Positions 50,962 to 53,359 of a stretch of DNA of 53,359 nt are shown here, piece by piece; the first letter of the stretch is position 1, and each line of letters begins with the position of its first letter. The stretch lies in assembly GCA_036495025.1 (NCBI GenBank), contig DASXNO010000026.1, forward strand, positions 1 through 53,359, read 5' to 3'. Under the pieces are notes generated by a model. It saw nothing but the letters and a program-made list of their open reading frames with translations. It was not told the DNA's origin and made no database searches. Both the position numbers and the translations under genes were made by a program. Source of the stretch: Actinomycetota bacterium. GTDB lineage: Bacteria; Actinomycetota; CADDZG01; JAHWKV01; JAOPZY01.

Positions 50962-51689
50962 GCAATGCCGAGGCCGGGCCCGCCGGCCCGGTCGTCCTGC
51001 TGCCCATCGTGGGGATCCCGGAGGTCTCGCCGGGAGCGGACCTCGGCAACCTCATCGTCGAGGCCGCCACCGCATCGGGCATCGAACTGGCCGACGACGA
51101 CGTGCTCGTCGTCACCCACAAGGTCGTGTCCAAGGCCGAGGGCAGGATCCGGGAGGTCCCCCCCGACGACGTCGACGCCCGGCATGCGATCGCCGAGATG
51201 GAGGCCGCGAGGATCGTGCGCCGCCGCAGCGGTCTGATCATCGCCGAGACGAGGCACGGCTTCGTCTGCGCCAACGCCGGCGTCGACGCCTCCAACCTCG
51301 AGCCCGGGCAGGTGAGCCTGCTGCCGGTGGACCCCGACAAGTCGGCCCGGCGGCTGCGGGCGAGGGTCCGCCAGCTCACCGGGCACGCCCCCGCCCTCAT
51401 CATCACGGACACGTTCGGGCGCGCCTGGCGGATCGGCCAGACCAACGTCGCGATCGGGGTGGCCGGCATGCTGCCCGTGATGGACTACCGGGGCTCGGTC
51501 GATCACTTCGGCGTCGAGCTCAAGGTCACGACCATCGCCGTCGCCGACGAGATCGCCGCCGCCGCCGAGCTGGTCATGGGGAAGGCCGACCGCGTCCCCG
51601 CCGCCGTTGCGAGGGGGGTGCGGTACCGGCGGGGCCGGGGCAACGCACGGGCGCTGGTCCGCCAGGCGGAGGACGATCTCTTTCGATAA
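50958..51689 (+). CDS. cofE: F420-0:gamma-glutamyl ligase (CofE domain only; no FbiB C-terminal nitroreductase-like domain)
   Basis: VVTHKVVSKAEGR, GFVCANAGVDASN and ITDTFGRAWR.GQTNVAIG are CofE hallmarks. The product is only 243 aa. Confidence 0.88.
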   Translation: MSNAEAGPAGPVVLLPIVGIPEVSPGADLGNLIVEAATASGIELADDDVLVVTHKVVSKAEGRIREVPPDDVDARHAIAEMEAARIVRRRSGLIIAETRHGFVCANAGVDASNLEPGQVSLLPVDPDKSARRLRARVRQLTGHAPALIITDTFGRAWRIGQTNVAIGVAGMLPVMDYRGSVDHFGVELKVTTIAVADEIAAAAELVMGKADRVPAAVARGVRYRRGRGNARALVRQAEDDLFR

Positions 51690-51903
51690 CCGGGGGAGAT
51701 AGCCCGGGAGATTAACCCCGGGGGCGGGAATATACTCGCTCGTCCGCGCTTTGTAGCCATCACCGGGACCGGTGGGTTCTATTCACAGCCGGCTTCCAGG
51801 CGCTCCTCAGCCAGGGATCATCCTCCTGAGGGAATATGCGCGTAGTCCTTTGTGTTCTATTGGGTACCAACAACATGCGAAGAGAAGTGTGAAAGAGGCG
51901 AAG

Positions 51904-52782
51904 ATGGCGACAACGGCGAAGAAAGTAAAGACCCGGCGGAGGCCTCGCCCCGAGGGAGGTCCGGCTCCCGCAGGCGCGGACAGCGTGGGCCTGTTCCTCC
52001 ATGAGATTGGCCGCTATCCCCTCCTGACGAAGGAGGAGGAGGTCGAGCTGGCCAAGCGCGTCGAGGAGGGCGACACCCAGGCCAAGGACCGCATGGTCAC
52101 GTCGAACCTCCGTCTGGTGGTGTCGATTGCCAAGCGGTACCAGGGACAGATGCCCCTGGGCGACCTTGTCCAGGAGGGCATCATCGGGCTGATGCGGGCC
52201 GTCGACAAGTTCGACTGGCGCCGCGGGTTCAAGTTCTCCACCTATGCGACGTGGTGGATCCGGCAGGCGATCGGACGGGCGATCCAGACCCAGTCGAGGA
52301 CCATCCGGATCCCGGTGCACCTTGCCGAGCGGGAGTGGAAGGCGTGGGCAGCGGAGCGGAGCCTGACGGCCGAGCTGGGCCGCGACCCGACGGACGAGGA
52401 GGTGGCCGAGGCCGCCCGCATCACCGTCCCCGAGCTGGAGCGGCTGCGCCAGACGGCCCGCATCGTCGCGAGTCTCGACCAGCCGGTCGAGGAGGGCGGC
52501 GAGACGGAGCTCGGCGAGCTGGCGGCATGGGAGGGGCCAGACCTCGAGGACCAGGTCCACTCGGCCATCGAGGAGGAGTCGGTCCGCAAGGCCCTCGACC
52601 ACCTGTGCGAGGCCGAGCGGGAGGTCATCCGTCTGCGGTATGGCCTCGACGGGGAGCCGGTCACCCTGCGGGAGGTCGGCAAGCTGCTGGGCGTCAGCCA
52701 CGAGCGGGTACGGCAGCTCGAATCCTCGGCCCTGGAGCACCTGGCCCGCGTTGCGGAGATCGAGGCCCTGCGGGTAGCGTAA
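51904..52782 (+). CDS. RNA polymerase sigma-70 family factor (group 1/2-like; regions 1.2-4, no long region 1.1)
   Basis: LFLHEIGRYPLLTKEEEVELAKR, NLRLVVSIAKRY, DLVQEGIIGLMRAVDKFD...G.KFSTYATWWIRQAI, IRIPVH, and region 4 LREVGKLLGVSHERVRQLE. ATG 51904 with GAAAGAGG upstream. Confidence 0.9.
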   Translation: MATTAKKVKTRRRPRPEGGPAPAGADSVGLFLHEIGRYPLLTKEEEVELAKRVEEGDTQAKDRMVTSNLRLVVSIAKRYQGQMPLGDLVQEGIIGLMRAVDKFDWRRGFKFSTYATWWIRQAIGRAIQTQSRTIRIPVHLAEREWKAWAAERSLTAELGRDPTDEEVAEAARITVPELERLRQTARIVASLDQPVEEGGETELGELAAWEGPDLEDQVHSAIEEESVRKALDHLCEAEREVIRLRYGLDGEPVTLREVGKLLGVSHERVRQLESSALEHLARVAEIEALRVA

Positions 52783-52806
52783 GAGACAGCGCTCAGCACC
52801 GAATTG

Positions 52807-52834
52807 CGAGGCACCCTCCGGGTGCCTCGTTTTT
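52807..52834 (+). terminator. Rho-independent terminator after the sigma factor gene
   Basis: CGAGGCACC-CUCC-GGUGCCUCG, a perfect 9-bp stem, followed by UUUUU. Confidence 0.85.
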
Positions 52835-52875
52835 CATGTCCGCCCCTTCTGGCTCGACTTAACCATGATTTCCCC

Positions 52876-52904
52876 TTGTAAACCAAACTAATAGGTATTA
52901 CAGT
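52876..52904 (+). promoter_or_regulatory. Candidate sigma-70-type promoter (TTGTAA-17 nt-TACAGT) for the downstream cupin-like gene
   Basis: Read from an AT-richer patch. The -10 hexamer fits actinobacterial TAnnnT. Prediction by eye only. Confidence 0.35.
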
Positions 52905-52935
52905 GCCAAGGTCAGGAACGCACGTATTGCTCCCG

Positions 52936-52968
52936 CCTCCTTTGAACCTCCTTTGAACCTCCTTTGAA
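52936..52968 (+). repeat. Perfect 3 x 11-nt tandem repeat CCTCCTTTGAA (anti-Shine-Dalgarno mimic)
   Basis: Read directly from the sequence. Lies 28 nt upstream of ATG 52996. Confidence 0.9.
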
Positions 52969-52995
52969 GCGGGTAGCCAAGCGAAAGGAAGGTGG

Positions 52996-53359
52996 ATGCG
53001 CAGCGCACTGATCCAGCCGGACCTCCTCTCCCCGCCGGCGTCGCAGAGCCCCGGCGAGTTCGGCACGATCCCCGCCCTGGGCCTCGGGATGCTCGCGGAC
53101 ATTGCGGCGGGGCTTGCTTCTTCCTTTAAGGCCGAGACCCGGGCGGAGGCCGGAGCCGAGGCCCGGCCGGAGGCTGGGGCGGAGCCCTTCACGTCCTTCG
53201 TACCGGCCGCCCGGGACGCCTTCGAGGAGATCGAGTGGCAGGGAGGTGAGCTGCGGCGCTTTGCCCGCCTGCTGCACACGCCGGCATACGAGGCGTGGCT
53301 GATAGCATGGGACGCCGCCGCCGACCTCGAGCTGCACGATCACGGCGGCTCCCAGGGGG
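52996..53359 (+). CDS. Cupin / cysteine-dioxygenase-type-I-like protein, 3' partial (runs off the window)
   Basis: GAAAGGAAGGTGG precedes ATG 52996. The frame is open for 121 codons to the window end, so it is absent from the ORF track. It ends ...YEAWLIAWDAAADLELHDHGGSQG, resembling the CDO-family 'W.PGQ.S.IHDHG.S' cupin motif. Confidence 0.6.
   Translation, partial: MRSALIQPDLLSPPASQSPGEFGTIPALGLGMLADIAAGLASSFKAETRAEAGAEARPEAGAEPFTSFVPAARDAFEEIEWQGGELRRFARLLHTPAYEAWLIAWDAAADLELHDHGGSQG

Noticed and set aside
52936-52968. Three tandem consensus Shine-Dalgarno sequences (TTCAAAGGAGG x3) on the minus strand as a gene start
   Set aside because: The only start codon behind them (a GTG ~13 nt downstream) opens a 3-codon frame that ends in TGA. 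The long minus-strand ORFs here (52242-53279 and 52912-53343) are antisense shadow frames of the sigma factor and cupin-like genes.

Overview
GC-rich, gene-dense chromosomal window, judged by eye rather than computed. The gene content looks like Actinomycetota: F420 genes fbiC/fbiA/cofE, class-E-like sortases, an Ssd/CpaE-like Tad protein, and E2-lipB-lipA linkage. All family assignments come from motifs I recognise in the supplied translations. No searches were run. Many long ORFs in the track are Arg/Gly/Pro-rich shadow frames typical of high-GC DNA and were rejected.

Left to right:
- 1-1089: 5'-partial TolB-like beta-propeller gene.
- 1284-1931: thiE.
- 2117-10197: an ~8 kb cell-surface island. 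It holds two LPxTG sortase substrates and a tandemly duplicated sortase + FN3 anchor-protein module.
- 10277-12538: TPP riboswitch followed by thiO-thiS-thiG.
- 12634-15971: TetR regulator, a disordered membrane protein, DUF72 and a GNAT.
- 15996-23207: a complete monoderm-type Tad/Flp pilus operon (cpaB, cpaE-like, tadA, tadB, tadC, flp, two tadE-like, one tadG-like, one unknown gene).
- 23392-24212: small HTH gene and a hypothetical gene.
- 24292-30300: lipA and an E2-lipB-E1alpha-E1beta 2-oxoacid dehydrogenase operon.
- 30375-31683: zincin-like peptidase and a DUF559-type protein.
- 31790-43789: a divergent seven-gene envelope-glycan cluster. One arm is coiled-coil protein, 1112-aa GT2-polytopic fusion and a DUF5719-like protein. 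The other arm is a UDP-sulfoquinovose synthase homolog, a HlyD-type adaptor, a lipoprotein and a processive GT2 synthase.
- 43832-52782: metH, fbiC, fbiA, cofE and a sigma-70 factor.
- 52996-53359: 3'-truncated cupin/cysteine-dioxygenase-like gene, preceded by a triple 11-nt repeat that mimics the 16S rRNA anti-Shine-Dalgarno tail.

The best candidates for undescribed biology are the sqdB-adaptor-lipoprotein-GT2 synthase module and the duplicated sortase/FN3 island that splits the thi genes. No rRNA, tRNA, CRISPR array or recognisable transposase/integrase was seen.
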